A program made the translations under genes and the position numbers. 64,000 nucleotides of DNA from a virus, in the IMG/VR virus record IMGVR_UViG_3300020192_000008, positions 32,001-96,000 of that record, one strand, 5' to 3'. Below the pieces are notes generated by a model that did no database searches, was not told where the DNA came from, and saw only the letters and a list, made by a program, of their open reading frames with translations. Below are positions 9,607-19,527 of the stretch, piece after piece. Position 1 is the stretch's first letter; every line of letters starts with the position of its first letter.

Positions 9607-11064
9607 TCAGCACTCCCCGCCGTCGAAGGCGTTCTTCTCGCGCCTGGGCGAATCTTTGCGCGTCTCTTTGTCCGCCTCGGAGGCGATCTTCTGGAGAAGC
9701 ATCTGGGCTGCCGCTTGCGCCGTCTGGTCAGAGGCGAGCTTGTGGCCAGCCTCTCCCGAGTGGGCGAACGCCTGCTGCAGCGTGGTGTCGGTGGCCTGCG
9801 TGAGAGCAGGCTCGTTGAAGTACTTGCCCAGCTCCGCTTTGCGGAGGCTGTAAGCCGAGTTGCGCTTGAGGTTGATGGCCGCCTCGTTCGAGGAGATCAT
9901 CGAGGTCTGGCTGCCGTAGCCGCCGGCGACAGGCTGACCGCCAGGCTCACCCGAGGCAGACGACTGGGGAGGCGTTGCCGCACCGCCGCCAGAGATCTGA
10001 GCCGGGTTGATGGCGTCTTCTGCCTGCTTGCGGAGACCGATGAGAGCATTGGCGAGAGACGCGCTCGCTGCCTTCTCCTCGGGCATCTCTTCATGGCGAG
10101 CGTTGAACGCCGTGTGGCCACCGAGAGCGCCAAGTGCGGTGTTGAGACCAACGCCGCCCTTGAGTGCGCCCATCGCAGCTTCACGAAGGTTGCCAGCACC
10201 CTGCATGCCCCGAAGAGCACCGATTGCCGAACCACCGAGAGCACCACGAGCAGCTGCGCCATCAGCCGAGTCAGCTCCGTAGCCGGCAAGAGCACCAGCC
10301 CCGCCGTATGCGAGACCCTTGCCGAGACCAGCAGCGGCACCACCGAGACCACCGAGTGCAGCTCCACCAGCTCCGCCCATGGCACCACGGCCAAGCATCG
10401 AAGCCTCGCTGCCCATCAGTCTCTCACCAAGAGCGCTGCCTGCTCCGCCCATGGCACCGAGGGCGCCACCTGCGAGAGCTCCACCACCAGCCCCGAGAGC
10501 GGCAGTCGTACCAGCTGAACGCATCACCGCGTTACGGAGACGCTCCGAGTCTTCCATCGCCTCTGGGTCTTCTTCCGCAACCTTCGACAGGGCGCGAGCA
10601 ACCTTCAGCTTCGCCGATGCGGTCTTGCCGCCACCGGAGAGAGCTGTCTGCTGCTGACCAGAACCGCCGGGGGGCGAGTCCATGGTGTTCTGCATCTGGT
10701 TGGCAGGGCCCGTGTTGGACGCCTGCATCCCCGGGTTCATCGGGGGCTGAGCGTGACCCTTGCCCTGGCCACCGGGGCCGGGGGGAGACTCACCACTCGT
10801 CGACTGGGAGACAGCGAGCGCGTTCGGGCCGGTACCAGGACCGATGTCCGAAGCCTGCTTGATCTGACCAGCCGCCCAGGCACATGCCTCCGCCAGCTTC
10901 TCAGCGTAGTCGGTGGGGATGCTCTGGTTGTCCTGCGTGTTGATGGGGGCAGCGGAAGCAGTCTTCTCGTGCCGAGCTGCCTCTGAGCGAACCATCCGCT
11001 CAGTAGCCCCTGCCATCGCTTCCTTGACGAGGTCTTGGAGCAGACCGCGATTGTGGGTTGGCAT
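9607..11064 (-). CDS. Putative scaffold/internal head protein with glycine-zipper insert
   Basis: 485 aa with at least 9 KxA motifs (EKTAS, EKLAE, IKQAS, GKTAS, SKVAE, EKAAS, RKQAE, HKLAS, QKIAS). Confidence 0.65.
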   Translation of the reverse strand: MPTHNRGLLQDLVKEAMAGATERMVRSEAARHEKTASAAPINTQDNQSIPTDYAEKLAEACAWAAGQIKQASDIGPGTGPNALAVSQSTSGESPPGPGGQGKGHAQPPMNPGMQASNTGPANQMQNTMDSPPGGSGQQQTALSGGGKTASAKLKVARALSKVAEEDPEAMEDSERLRNAVMRSAGTTAALGAGGGALAGGALGAMGGAGSALGERLMGSEASMLGRGAMGGAGGAALGGLGGAAAGLGKGLAYGGAGALAGYGADSADGAAARGALGGSAIGALRGMQGAGNLREAAMGALKGGVGLNTALGALGGHTAFNARHEEMPEEKAASASLANALIGLRKQAEDAINPAQISGGGAATPPQSSASGEPGGQPVAGGYGSQTSMISSNEAAINLKRNSAYSLRKAELGKYFNEPALTQATDTTLQQAFAHSGEAGHKLASDQTAQAAAQMLLQKIASEADKETRKDSPRREKNAFDGGEC

Positions 11065-11110
11065 TATTGATTCCTCTGAAGAAGTAGAGCGACGGTGGGG
11101 GGAGGTGGAG

Positions 11111-11140
11111 GAAGGGGCCGGGCTTTCACCCGGCCCCCTC
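11111..11140 (-). terminator. GC-rich hairpin with GAAA loop, weak terminator or processing site
   Basis: GGGGCCGGG (11114-11122)/CCCGGCCCC (11129-11137). The tail is C/U-rich rather than poly-U. Confidence 0.45.
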
Positions 11141-11148
11141 CTGGTCGA

Positions 11149-12003
11149 TCACTCGTTCCAGGTGACCGGGTAGCCGGCAGCCTCGAGCAGCTCGATCGAG
11201 CGGACATCAACCGCCGACTCGAGGTCGGGAGCCGAAGCCACCTTCACGCTGTCGCTCTCCGAGACGCCGAGGGTCAGCACCGAGAAGACACGCTGAGCGG
11301 CCTCGTCGGCATCCCAACCAGCCGACGCGGCCTTCTCGACCGCCAGCTCACTGGCCAGATCGTCGAGAGCCGAGCCCTCTTTGACCTTGTCGTGAACCTT
11401 CTTCGCGCCGTAGGCCGCACCGCCAGCAGCTGCTGCACCAGCGGCGTGAATAGCTGCACCAACCGCCTTGGACTTGCCCTCACTCGCTTTCCAGCCGGCC
11501 TTGTGGGACGTGCGGTCGGCTGCGTTCATCGCACGGCGACCAGTGGCCTCCATGTGCGTGGAGACCCCCTCGCTGACCCTCTTGCCGATGTGGCTGAGAG
11601 GCGCCTTGAGGCGATCGATGAACTTCGATCCGTCTGCTGGGGCCTTGCCGGCGATCTTGGTGAGCTCCTGGACGTAGGCATGAGCCATCACGCGACCGAG
11701 GTAGTCGGCTTCGGCAACCTTCGCCATGGCCTCCTTCTTCTCCTCGTGCTCTTCCTTCGCCTTCTCGACCTTCTCCTCTTTCTCCTCTTTCTCGCCCTCG
11801 TCCTCGGCGAGCTTGTTCATGTTCTCGACCCACTGGCCGTAGATGCCACGAACCTGGGCATCGGGCATCGAGTTGAGGTCGAGGCCATTGGCCTCTGCCG
11901 TCTTGACGAAGAGGTCGACGGAAGCGTCCTTCTCGAAGGCTTCCTGCTGGGCGCTGGAGTTGCCGGTTCCGTAGTGGGCGGCGAGGAGTTCGTTCATGCT
12001 CAT
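11149..12003 (-). CDS. Probable capsid scaffolding protein
   Basis: 284 aa with an acidic/charged helical tract (EGEKEEKEEKVEK) and many KxA motifs, directly downstream of the protease. Confidence 0.55.
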   Translation of the reverse strand: MSMNELLAAHYGTGNSSAQQEAFEKDASVDLFVKTAEANGLDLNSMPDAQVRGIYGQWVENMNKLAEDEGEKEEKEEKVEKAKEEHEEKKEAMAKVAEADYLGRVMAHAYVQELTKIAGKAPADGSKFIDRLKAPLSHIGKRVSEGVSTHMEATGRRAMNAADRTSHKAGWKASEGKSKAVGAAIHAAGAAAAGGAAYGAKKVHDKVKEGSALDDLASELAVEKAASAGWDADEAAQRVFSVLTLGVSESDSVKVASAPDLESAVDVRSIELLEAAGYPVTWNE

Positions 12004-12093
12004 GGTGGTGTCCCTTGGTTCTTGATCAGTTGAGGATTACGCGCTGCGTGTTCCTCGAGGGGGAACCCCTCTCCACGCCGGCTTTCGCCCGAG

Positions 12094-13743
12094 TTACAGA
12101 AGGCCCCCGTAGATGTCAGCGCCCAACTCGTCCCAGAAAGCGTCCCGCAGATAGTGGACCGTGAGGGGAGTGAAGAGCTGATCAACTGGTGCCGACGCCA
12201 GCTTACTGAACTCACTACCCCTTGGGGCAGATGCGTTCAGAAGTCCTTGTGCGCCGCTCACCAGATCCATGAGAGTTGTTCGGTACCCGTTGTAGGCAGC
12301 TCCTATCTTACGCAGCACTTCTGAGGGATGGGAAGAAGAGGCCCTCTTCTCACCCCCGTCGCTCTTCTTCATCACAAGTACACGATGCTCAATCGCAGGC
12401 GCGAGAGCAGAGCGTGATTCCATGAGAGGGAGAAGAAGTCTTGCAAGTGAAGGAAGGAAGGAAGCGTGGCCGAGAGACATACTCTCAGTATCTTTCGATC
12501 TGGGGAAGACGATGTTCCGACGATCAAAGTCGTCAGCCATGTCTCTCCGTCCGATCTGAATCAAGACGATACGCTGAAACTCCCTGGGACGAAGAACGAT
12601 GCCCAAACCACCAGAAGTAGACAGGGAGCTGGGCAGGTCATGTTTCCCGAGTGCATCAAGCACATCATCAGGCAAATCTTCTTCTTCTCTCGACAGAGTG
12701 GCCACCGCCTTGCCAGCGAACTGGCTCGGCACAATGTCCTTGATGATCTCACTCTTCTTGAGCTTCGCGTCCTTGTATTGGAACGCTTCCTTGAAGATTG
12801 ACTCGTTGAGAGAAGCCGTCTTTTCCCCAACGGTCATCTCGTCGTAGCCGAGCTTCTCCGCCTCATAGGCAGAAGAGCCGAACGAATAGACGCGCCCCTC
12901 AGACGCGATCTTCATCATCGTCTTGGCTGTCTTGTCAGCCCCGATGAAGACGAAAGAGATGTCGAAGAACTTCGGGAAGTCGTTGTAGACGTACACCTTC
13001 CGGCCATCGGCCAGAATCTTGTTCATCTGATTGCGAGCGTGCTCGCAATAGTCCTTCCGAGTGATCGACACGCCCCGGATAGGGGTCTTCTTATGGATGG
13101 CGAGGATGGCCTGGCCCGGAGACGCGTGCTTCTTCGGGTCGAAGGTGGCAGCCGCCTCGTGGTACCGCTTCCAATCGAGGCAGATGGAGCACGTATCGAA
13201 GGGCACCTTGCAGCCCATCGAGACATCCGGAAACATGCCCTGGCTGAGCTTGTCCCAGACCTGCGTGCCCCCGTACTCCTGGCACTTGAGCTTATCGACC
13301 CGAGTAACGAGCTCGACGCGCTTGAGCCTCGGGTGCCAGACAGCCAGCTCCACCTCACCGAAGGCGCGGCCTGCGTCCTTGTTGCGATGGTGGGCGTAGG
13401 GGTGGGCTGAATAGAAGGTCGGGTAGCCGTACGCCCAATCCTTCGCCTTGATCTTGTCGAGCAAAGGGTTGCCCGTCCAATCATCAGGGCGATGGATCAG
13501 GGCAGCTTCTGGGAAGTGATCGCCGTTGACATTGGAGCCGAAGAACTCTCCGGCCCCCATGGCATTGACGAGGTTGTACGCTGCATCATTCCGGGGCCTG
13601 AGCGACTCGATATACTTGACGACGTCAGGAAGAAGTGTGGCTGATGCGGTCTTCTCGAAGTACGCATCAGACGCTTTGTTGAAGAGCGGGATGACCGTTG
13701 GGCCAGTCTCGCTCTCACCCCAGTATGTGCAGAGCTTGTACAT
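12094..13743 (-). CDS. Prohead maturation protease
   Basis: 549 aa with NGDHF, HH.NKD..RAFG, DVSMGC.V...CSIC and FFDISFVFIGAD motifs, matching the His/Ser HK97-type prohead protease layout. KxA sites flank the domain. Ends at TAA. Confidence 0.75.
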   Translation of the reverse strand: MYKLCTYWGESETGPTVIPLFNKASDAYFEKTASATLLPDVVKYIESLRPRNDAAYNLVNAMGAGEFFGSNVNGDHFPEAALIHRPDDWTGNPLLDKIKAKDWAYGYPTFYSAHPYAHHRNKDAGRAFGEVELAVWHPRLKRVELVTRVDKLKCQEYGGTQVWDKLSQGMFPDVSMGCKVPFDTCSICLDWKRYHEAAATFDPKKHASPGQAILAIHKKTPIRGVSITRKDYCEHARNQMNKILADGRKVYVYNDFPKFFDISFVFIGADKTAKTMMKIASEGRVYSFGSSAYEAEKLGYDEMTVGEKTASLNESIFKEAFQYKDAKLKKSEIIKDIVPSQFAGKAVATLSREEEDLPDDVLDALGKHDLPSSLSTSGGLGIVLRPREFQRIVLIQIGRRDMADDFDRRNIVFPRSKDTESMSLGHASFLPSLARLLLPLMESRSALAPAIEHRVLVMKKSDGGEKRASSSHPSEVLRKIGAAYNGYRTTLMDLVSGAQGLLNASAPRGSEFSKLASAPVDQLFTPLTVHYLRDAFWDELGADIYGGLL

Positions 13744-14282
13744 AAGGGGCCCTGACCGCCCTTGTTGTTGCGGCGCTGGTAGGGCTTGGCGACGACCTTG
13801 GGCTTGAGCGACTCGGCGAACGAGTTACCTGCGTGCTCACCACCCCTACGCCACGAATCAGCCATGGGGGACTTGAACTTGTCGGAGGCCGACAGGCTCT
13901 CGGTGAGGATGCCACCGGCTGACATGGGGTTGTCGGCCATGCGGCGCAGATAGGTCCCGGCGACGATCGGGTCCTTGGCGAAGTTCGGATTCATGTTCCG
14001 AAGCGACGAGTACATCTGGTTGAACATCTTCGGGTCGCGCTCGTGATGCTCATGCAGGTCCGGGTTCAGTTCCAAGATCTGCTTGAAGTCGTGCGACTTG
14101 GTGGCCGCATCGTAGATCTTGCCAGCGGCCATGCCGGCGCCGGCGAAGGCAACTCCGGCAGCAGCCATCCCAAGACCCTGCGTCATCGCATGGCCGAAGC
14201 CCTTGGCAGCTTCACCACCGAAGGCGACCTTCTCCTGGGGCTCGCCGTACTGGGCGTAGAAGTCATCGAGGGGGTTAGACAT
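13743..14282 (-). CDS. Virion protein (179 aa); ends at TTA overlapping the protease ATG
   Basis: EKVAF plus a hydrophobic segment. In-frame TTA at 13743-13745 forms TTATG with the next start. Confidence 0.65.
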
Positions 14283-15478
14283 CAGCCGCCTCCGCTCTGG
14301 AGCATCTGCTCGAGGTAGTTGTGCTCTTGCGTCCCAGGGATGGCGGCCAGCGTTTGGTACTTCGCCTTCTGGAACGTGGGGTCGTACTTGAGGTTCCGGC
14401 GGTAGGCCTCGTGGGCCAAGACAGCGGGGGCAGCGACAGCGCCGACTTGGGCTGCAGTGCCGAAGCCCTGGCCTTTGCCCTTACCCATGAGCACTTCACC
14501 GACAGCCCTGCCCCCCTTGCCCGCGTACTCGACGCCCTTCTTGGCAGCGTTGACGCCCTTCATGAGCAGGCCTTCACTGGCTGCTCGCTTCACGAAGGAG
14601 GTGAGCACGTCGAGGTTGTCCTTGACGTAGTCGCGCTCTGTTCGGAGGGAGGCCACCTTGGTCAGCACTTCGCAGTAGTCCTGGAAGTCTTTGATCAGAG
14701 GGTGCTCGGGGTTGGGGTTACCAACCGAGGCCGTCTTCTCGATCGACTCGACCATGTCTACCTGCGAGCGGAAGACACCGTTCTCCATCAGCTCCGGGAG
14801 GACCTGACGGAAGGCGACCTTCACGTACTCACCCGTAGGCGCGAAGTTCTCCCAGATCTGAGCGACCTCGCCGAGGCTGTGACCAGAGAGGGCAGCCTGC
14901 TTGACGTTGTAGAAGTTCCTCGTTCGGAGGTCGTCGTACATCGTCTCGAGGCCGGAGATATGAGCGGTCAGGCTCTCGTAGGAGGAGGCGAGCTTGTCGC
15001 GCAGGGCAATAGCATCACCGAGGGGGTTCTCGTCTGGCAGGGCACTGGCCTCCTTGCCGAACATGTCCTCGAGCTCTCGCTCATGAAAACGCGATGCCTT
15101 CTTCTCCTTGGCAGGAGGGGGCTGGCTGTAGTCGCTCGAGCCACGGCTGAAGTGGGCAACGCCGGCGCTCTTGTTGAGCTCCTGCAGAACGTACCCAGGG
15201 CTCGCCGGCTCCTGGCCGCCGAAGTCCACGACCTTGTGGCCAGCCTCGCCGGCTTTGGAGAACTCGGTGAGGTAGGCGTCCGTGTTGGCGAACTCAACAA
15301 CACGCTTGATCTGTTCGGCCGACAGACTCGCTGTCTTCACGGTCTGTACGACCGCCTCGTTGAGAGTGGAGTATCGCCCCTCGGACCAGCGCGCAGCCGC
15401 GTGCTTGCCCAGAACCTGGAGCTGCTCGCCGTCCATTCGGCGAGCCTTCATCTGCTGCAGCAAACCGTGGTCTGACAT
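14282..15478 (-). CDS. Putative internal head protein
   Basis: 398 aa with about 10 KxA motifs and AAGGAG RBS. First gene of this minus-strand unit. Confidence 0.65.
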   Translation of the reverse strand: MSDHGLLQQMKARRMDGEQLQVLGKHAAARWSEGRYSTLNEAVVQTVKTASLSAEQIKRVVEFANTDAYLTEFSKAGEAGHKVVDFGGQEPASPGYVLQELNKSAGVAHFSRGSSDYSQPPPAKEKKASRFHERELEDMFGKEASALPDENPLGDAIALRDKLASSYESLTAHISGLETMYDDLRTRNFYNVKQAALSGHSLGEVAQIWENFAPTGEYVKVAFRQVLPELMENGVFRSQVDMVESIEKTASVGNPNPEHPLIKDFQDYCEVLTKVASLRTERDYVKDNLDVLTSFVKRAASEGLLMKGVNAAKKGVEYAGKGGRAVGEVLMGKGKGQGFGTAAQVGAVAAPAVLAHEAYRRNLKYDPTFQKAKYQTLAAIPGTQEHNYLEQMLQSGGG

Positions 15479-15514
15479 TCACTGCTCCTTCAAGAATCCG
15501 TTACAAGAAGTACC

Positions 15515-16210
15515 ATGGATAAAAAACTCATGGGAAGCTGGCCCCGGCTGGTCTCCGTGCTGGAAGCAGCCGAGATGCTTTCGGTTTCTGTCGATCAAGT
15601 CCATCGCTGGAACCGGGATGGTCTACTAGAGGCTGAGTACCCAGAGGGAAGAAGAGGGGGGAAGTACTTCCAGACGGAAGACATCCAGACCCTCATAGAA
15701 GCTCGGGCCAGCAAGACGCTCTCTGACCATGATGTGAAGATTCTAGCCCTTCAGTCTCTGGTCTCCTCCAAGAGGGCAGAACGAAAACTCGATGAGCTGC
15801 TTGGGATGCTCGGTGTTTCGGACGTGAAGCTCGGTACCTCGAGGGAGGAGGTCTTGGCTTTCTTCGTCGAGGTAGAGGACGAGATCAAGGAGGGTGAGCC
15901 GCTCCTACCCGAGGAGGCGATCGGCTGGGCCAAGCGGATGCTGGGCATCACCGAGGAGTACCTGGAGCTAGTGAAGGAGCACACGTTCATGCTCGAGCCC
16001 TGGGTCCCGTACATGCAGCTCTCCAAGAAGCTGCACGACAAGTTCCCAGCAGGGCAGGCAGGGGCCTACCTCTCTCACGCCATCCGTAATCTTCGGCACA
16101 CGGCGTACTTCTACGTGCGTCGGGCGGATGGGGTGAGAGAGGCGACGAAGCGCTTTCCCGAGGGTGGCGTGACGAGCCAGCTCCTCGGGATCATGTTTCC
16201 GAAGAGCTAA
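15515..16210 (+). CDS. MerR/excisionase-type HTH DNA-binding protein
   Basis: LVSVLEAAEMLSVSVDQVHRWNRDGLL...F..EDI is a typical MerR/HTH_17 signature. Lone plus-strand gene in the virion module; the start may be ATG 15530. Confidence 0.7.
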   Translation: MDKKLMGSWPRLVSVLEAAEMLSVSVDQVHRWNRDGLLEAEYPEGRRGGKYFQTEDIQTLIEARASKTLSDHDVKILALQSLVSSKRAERKLDELLGMLGVSDVKLGTSREEVLAFFVEVEDEIKEGEPLLPEEAIGWAKRMLGITEEYLELVKEHTFMLEPWVPYMQLSKKLHDKFPAGQAGAYLSHAIRNLRHTAYFYVRRADGVREATKRFPEGGVTSQLLGIMFPKS

Positions 16211-19108
16211 CCCTTGGTTCGTTGGCCCCGAGTAACCGCCGAGGTTGGGGCCACCGCTCCGAGCGTTCTCTTTCTTCGGGGTGATGATGTCCGGCCTGGG
16301 GTGGATGATCATCGAGCCAACGAAGCAGTAGATGATAGAGTGCAACGCATCATCAGGCCGATCGGGCCTGTGCTGGTACTGGATCATGTGAAGAGACTGG
16401 TTGTACTCTGTGAAGATGTTCAGGATGTCTTGCCCGAACGGCTCACGGAACTCTTCCCACCTGGGGAACATGATCTGCTTGCGCTTGATGGCCGTGAAGA
16501 CATCGCTCACGACTTCCGTCTTGTGCACCTTCCAACGCTGCAGCTTACCGTCCCACTCGACCTTCTTCTTGTTACGGGCCATGTACTGGAAGCGGTGCAC
16601 GCGCTGGGTGCCGAAGCGACGGATCAAGTAGGCGTTGTTGTTGAAGCCACCGCCGTAGTCGCACCCGATGATGCGGACGTTGTACGCATGCAGGATGCGC
16701 TTGATCTTCTCGAGCTGGATCTCAGGGTCCGTGTCTTCACCCGTGAAGCGGTGGATGAAGAAGATCTTGAACTTCATCCCGTCGTAGTAGCCGAGACTCA
16801 TGACCGTGTAGCTGTTCTCGCCCGTGTTACCTTGGTACGCGATGCTTCCGTTACGCTCTGTGACGATGTACCCCGAAGGCACGGCGCAGCAGTACACCTT
16901 GCCCGCATAGGGGACGTGCTTCACCGCCGTGGAGGGGGTGTTGAACTGGTAGTCTCGGCCCTCCGACCACAAGGCTCTCCAGCGCGTCTTCCGGTTCCCC
17001 TCCGCAGGCTTGTGCAGCTTCACGGAGCACCGAAGACCGAGCTTTATGCAGATCTCCTGGAAGTCCTCGCACAGCCCTTTTGACGTCGAATAGAAGGCCC
17101 CTCCTGTGCAGCCCTCCCGAGGGTCCGTGTAACCGTCTCCGTCTACCAGGGCCTGAAACAAGATCCGAAGCTGCCTTTGGCCGAGGCCGAGGAACTCCCG
17201 TGGGATACGCTTCTCGTCCCCTTCGACCCCTACGTTCTGGGCGTACCACGCCCAGTACTGCTTGCCGTAAATGGTCCAGTTGACGTCCCCAGTCTTTGGG
17301 TTCGGGAACGCCTTGAACGAGACCCCCACCCGGTCGAGAGACGCCTGCATCTTGAGGTAGGTCTCGTGGTTGACCGTCTCCCTCTGCGACATCTTGAGGC
17401 AGGACGGGCGGCCCCCATCAAAGCAGACCCCGCCCTCTGTCACGAGATAGCCGAGTAGCTCCAACCAGTCGTCCATGGGGACGGTCTTGTCCTCAGAGCC
17501 CTTGTACCCAGGGCTCGTCGGCAGCCCCGGCAGCGTGAAGGCCTGCTTCTCCTCTCCTTGCCAGTCGACGTAGCCCACGAACTTGACGTTGCCGCCCCGT
17601 TCTACGAGTTCGCCCGCCGACTCGGTGAGCCACCGCTCTCCCTGGGAAGTCCCGACACGCATGCGGTGCGTATGGGTGATCATCAGATCGAGCCCCCCCT
17701 TGGTCTCGAAGTGTAGAAGTGGCTGGTCCCAGTCGCGTACCGTACGAACCTTCGGAGCCACGAAGGTCATCGCACGCGTTTCTGGATCCCACTGGGCTAC
17801 CTTGTCTTCGTCGGTGAGATCACAGAAGTACTTGAAGCCAGACTGCGTAAGAATGCGTGTCTTGTCATCGTGACAGCCCCAGTCGATGCCAGCGAAGATG
17901 TTGCCGGCGGTAGCCGTCTTGCGGATCTTCTCGAGGGCCGTGGGGTGCATCGTCAGCTTGGGGTCGCATGACTCCTTCAGCTGGCCCATGGTGATGGGCC
18001 GGAGGCCTGAGTCGTAAGACATCCCCAAGACTTCGTTGTAGAACTTGTCGCGGGGGTACCGCTCGTAGTCGAGCAGGATTTCCTCCCACGACCGCCAAGG
18101 CACCATCAGCTGGGGGATGCGGTAGCTCTCGAAGACCCCGTCACGGACCTGGTTGATCCACTTCGAGTCCTTGTGCATGGGGTCGATCTTCCCCCCGCAC
18201 TTCTCGCAGATGAGGCTCTTCTTACCGATGTTCTTCTCGCAGAGGATGTTCCAGTGCCGGCCAGCACCGCCACCAACGGAGGACCCGCAGTGGTCGCACG
18301 GCACCATCCACTCACCCTGCGTCGACATCGGGCGGCCCTTGGCCACGCCTGACCGGTAGAACTCGATGGGGTTGTCGAGCCCTTTGGGTGTGCCGGCGTA
18401 GATGAAGCGCTTGAACTTCTCCGGAGCGTGGCTTGTGCACTGCTCGATGACGGGGATGTTGTCGGCGAGAATGTCTTGGAGCTCGTCGAGGGTGAGCAGC
18501 CAGGCTGGGATGCCTCGGGTACGGTCGGCGTTGAGGAACGCATACCTCAAGGTGATCTTCGCCCGGTTGACGAACTGCTTCTCGAAGATGTTCTGCGACA
18601 GCATGGTCGTCGTGAACGTCTTCAAGACCTGGCTCGTCTCGATGGGCTCCTTGATACGGTCGACCGAGAAGACCTTCGTCTGCGTGGCTGACGGGCTCAC
18701 GTACAGCGTCTTGTACGCCGGCACGACGCACGAGTACGAGAGCATGATGTTGCCGATCATGGTCGACTTCTCGACCTGCCGGCCACAGAACAGGAGCACG
18801 CGCCTGGCTGGGGTGTTGTAGGGGCGGCGCATGTGCCGACGCCCCTCAAACGTGAAGTTCTCGTACCCCATACCGTCCTGCCGAGGCATCCGGAAGGCGA
18901 ACTCGGTGAACTGGCTGGGCAGGACAGCGGGGATCTTGACCGCTGCCCTGCGCTTCTCCTCTATCTCCCAGAAGTCCTCGAAGGGCTCTGGCTCAGGGAG
19001 CCAGGGCTTGCCGTTGTGCATCCTTCGGAGTTCTTCGTCTGTGAACTCTTCAGGCTCGAGGTCCTCTTCAGAAGGGACCGTGACGGGGTCAGGCTGGAAG
19101 CTGCTCAC
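16208..19108 (-). CDS. terL: Terminase large subunit (lambda GpA-like) with intein; ends at TTA
   Basis: GRQVEKST (Walker A variant), LTLDELQD (Walker B), GTP motif, CxxC...CxxC, GIDWG nuclease motif and C-terminal PDDALH. In-frame TTA at 16208-16210. Confidence 0.85.
16826..17875 (-). mobile_element. Intein with LAGLIDADG homing endonuclease in TerL (350 aa)
   Basis: Junctions GIDWG|CHDDKTRILT ... NGSIAYQGN|TGEN. Block B THTHRM; LAGLIDADG motifs LLGYLVTEGG and FQALVDGDG. Confidence 0.88.
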
Positions 19109-19527
19109 AGGCTCTTGATCTTCGCTTCGATGGCTTCGTCGAGCTTCTCGAGGAACTTGTCAGCGTAAGCATCGAGGTCGAGGATGTGCCCGAAGCCATC
19201 AGCCTGAAACCACCAAGAGTCGACTTCTTGCGTGTAGGCCGCACGCAGCCGTGGGTAGGCTGCGTTGAAGAACTCCATGGACGCATCCGAGAGCACCTCG
19301 GGGAAGAGGTACCTCCAGTAGTACCCCACCCTCGCGCCCAGATGCTGGATGTCTTTCACCTGGTAGAAGTGGAAGATAAGGCTTCCCTCGTGGATGCAGA
19401 CTTCTCCGATGAAGGTCGTGTAGTCCTCGACCTTACGGAAGGTCTTCGCCCTCACCCCCTGCTCCTCCTCCATCGAGAGGCGACCCTTCGCTTCCGTCTC
19501 CGTCATCTGCTCCGGCTGGTAGTTCAT
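19105..19527 (-). CDS. Hypothetical protein
   Basis: Up to 140 aa, GTGA-coupled to terL. The true start may be a later Met. Confidence 0.6.
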   Translation of the reverse strand: MNYQPEQMTETEAKGRLSMEEEQGVRAKTFRKVEDYTTFIGEVCIHEGSLIFHFYQVKDIQHLGARVGYYWRYLFPEVLSDASMEFFNAAYPRLRAAYTQEVDSWWFQADGFGHILDLDAYADKFLEKLDEAIEAKIKSL

